From NCBI RefSeq assembly GCF_004010195.1, contig NC_057717.1, positions 104,941,904 to 105,005,903 on the forward strand: DNA of 64,000 nt, read 5' to 3'. This stretch comes from Chiloscyllium plagiosum (taxonomy: Eukaryota). Positions 62,882 through 64,000 of the stretch are shown here, piece by piece; the first letter of the stretch is position 1, and the number at the start of each line of letters is the position of its first letter. Below the pieces are notes generated by a model that was not told the DNA's origin, searched no databases, and worked only from the letters and a program-made list of their open reading frames with translations. A program made the position numbers and the translations under genes.

Positions 62882-64000
62882 GGAGCATCTGCAGTATTTT
62901 GCTTTAATAAAGAATGGGATTGTTGGTGAATGAGAAATTGGAATTGGGATTGAGGTTACTAGTTTCATACTCAAATGAGTTCTCCACAGACAGCCTGGGA
63001 AAAGACAGACTAAATTTTTGCCTCCTTTTCTCTTCTTCATTCTCTCGAAAAGCTACTAGGCCTCTAATCATCTTTGTGTTCCCAAATATTTCTGCTGGTC
63101 ACCACATATCTCGTGGTAAGGGATGTCCATTCATGATGACAAGATTGTGCAGCACACAGCAGAACATTACAAATCTAAGCCCAATCCACTGATTCCTAAA
63201 GAGCTCCTCCACACAGCAAAAACATTATTACAGCATGCTAATGGATGGTTCTATAGTGGTAGTTGTGGTAGCAATGTTTTCATCTCCTACATGCTTCATT
63301 GGTGTGTGGGCTAGGCAGCAGGCATTACTCTTGCTGTCAGTAGACAGCTTTCTCACTCTCGTGCCAACTTTTGATTTGCCAAATGGCTTCAATGTTGGTG
63401 GCATAATGGATTGCCTCTAAATGAAGGAATCTTGACCGTAACCAGAATACCATACATTATTCTGCCTAATTTGCTGCCTATAATCAGATTCCACTCCTTT
63501 GGTTATATCAAAGGTCTGTTCACTCTGCCTGCTTGTCCTCAGTCAAAGCAATGAAATTAGCTCTCATTGAAATGTGAGACTGAATTATCATGCAAAGGTA
63601 GATGGCAAATTGTGAGATGTTAAAAATATCCCTACAAATTGCAGAGGTGGGGAGAGGAAGTGGGTGGAAAGTGTTGCTGTCTTTGCTGTGCTTCATGTTG
63701 GTTTATTTGTGATTAAGAAAGGATGTTAGCCAGTATGAAGCTTTAAAATAGTATTGCAAATTTACTGATGTTTTGATTTGACTGCTTTGCATATCCCTGG
63801 CATGTGAAAGGTACAAATACCTTCATCAATATGGCATCTGGTATAATTCACTTTAAACATGCACATTCTTTGGATGCCACTTTGGAGCACTAGGGACCCT
63901 AATAATATCCCAAACTGGAAGTAAAATGCCCAATTTCTCATTCTTAAAATTTTGTAGACCTAAATTCTGACATAATTTTATTAAAACCAGCACAGCAATA

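Noticed and set aside
22034..64000. Search for Cav2 exon 3 (EPYFIGIFCFEAG...RNGWNVMDF), and for exon 7 below 13020
   Set aside because: Not found by eye; they probably lie outside the window. TBLASTN would settle it.

Overview
Vertebrate DNA, not prokaryotic. The repeat content (HE1-type V-SINEs with (TCTAA)n tails, HER1/CR1 LINEs, a Deu-domain SINE) points to a cartilaginous fish, probably a shark (inference). The window lies inside a minus-strand Cav2 voltage-gated calcium channel alpha-1 gene, most likely CACNA1A (Cav2.1). Three coding exons are present, equivalent to human exons 4-6: 22033-21942, 21240-21091 and 13207-13020. They have canonical AG/GT boundaries and compatible phases and encode domain I S3-S4, S5 and the pore loop. 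Exons 3 and 7 were not found, so the flanking introns probably run past both ends. The rest is intron filled with nested transposons: CR1/HER1 and Rex1/Babar-like LINEs, several SINE families, Penelope-like elements (PLEs), two decayed Ty3/Gypsy elements, solo LTRs and PIF/Harbinger relics. Most long ORFs in the track are TE fragments or their antisense frames. Most notable observations: (i) minimal hammerhead-ribozyme motifs from at least three PLE families, one with an intact core, plus 89-125 bp TSD-flanked insertions that start right at the hammerhead; (ii) a perfect 22-bp hairpin in the short intron 4; (iii) a 35-36 bp tandem array of RFX X-box-like palindromes in intron 3; (iv) young inverted repeats bracketing exons 4-6. 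All comparisons were made by eye and from recalled family consensus motifs; no searches were run, and boundaries of old repeats are approximate.
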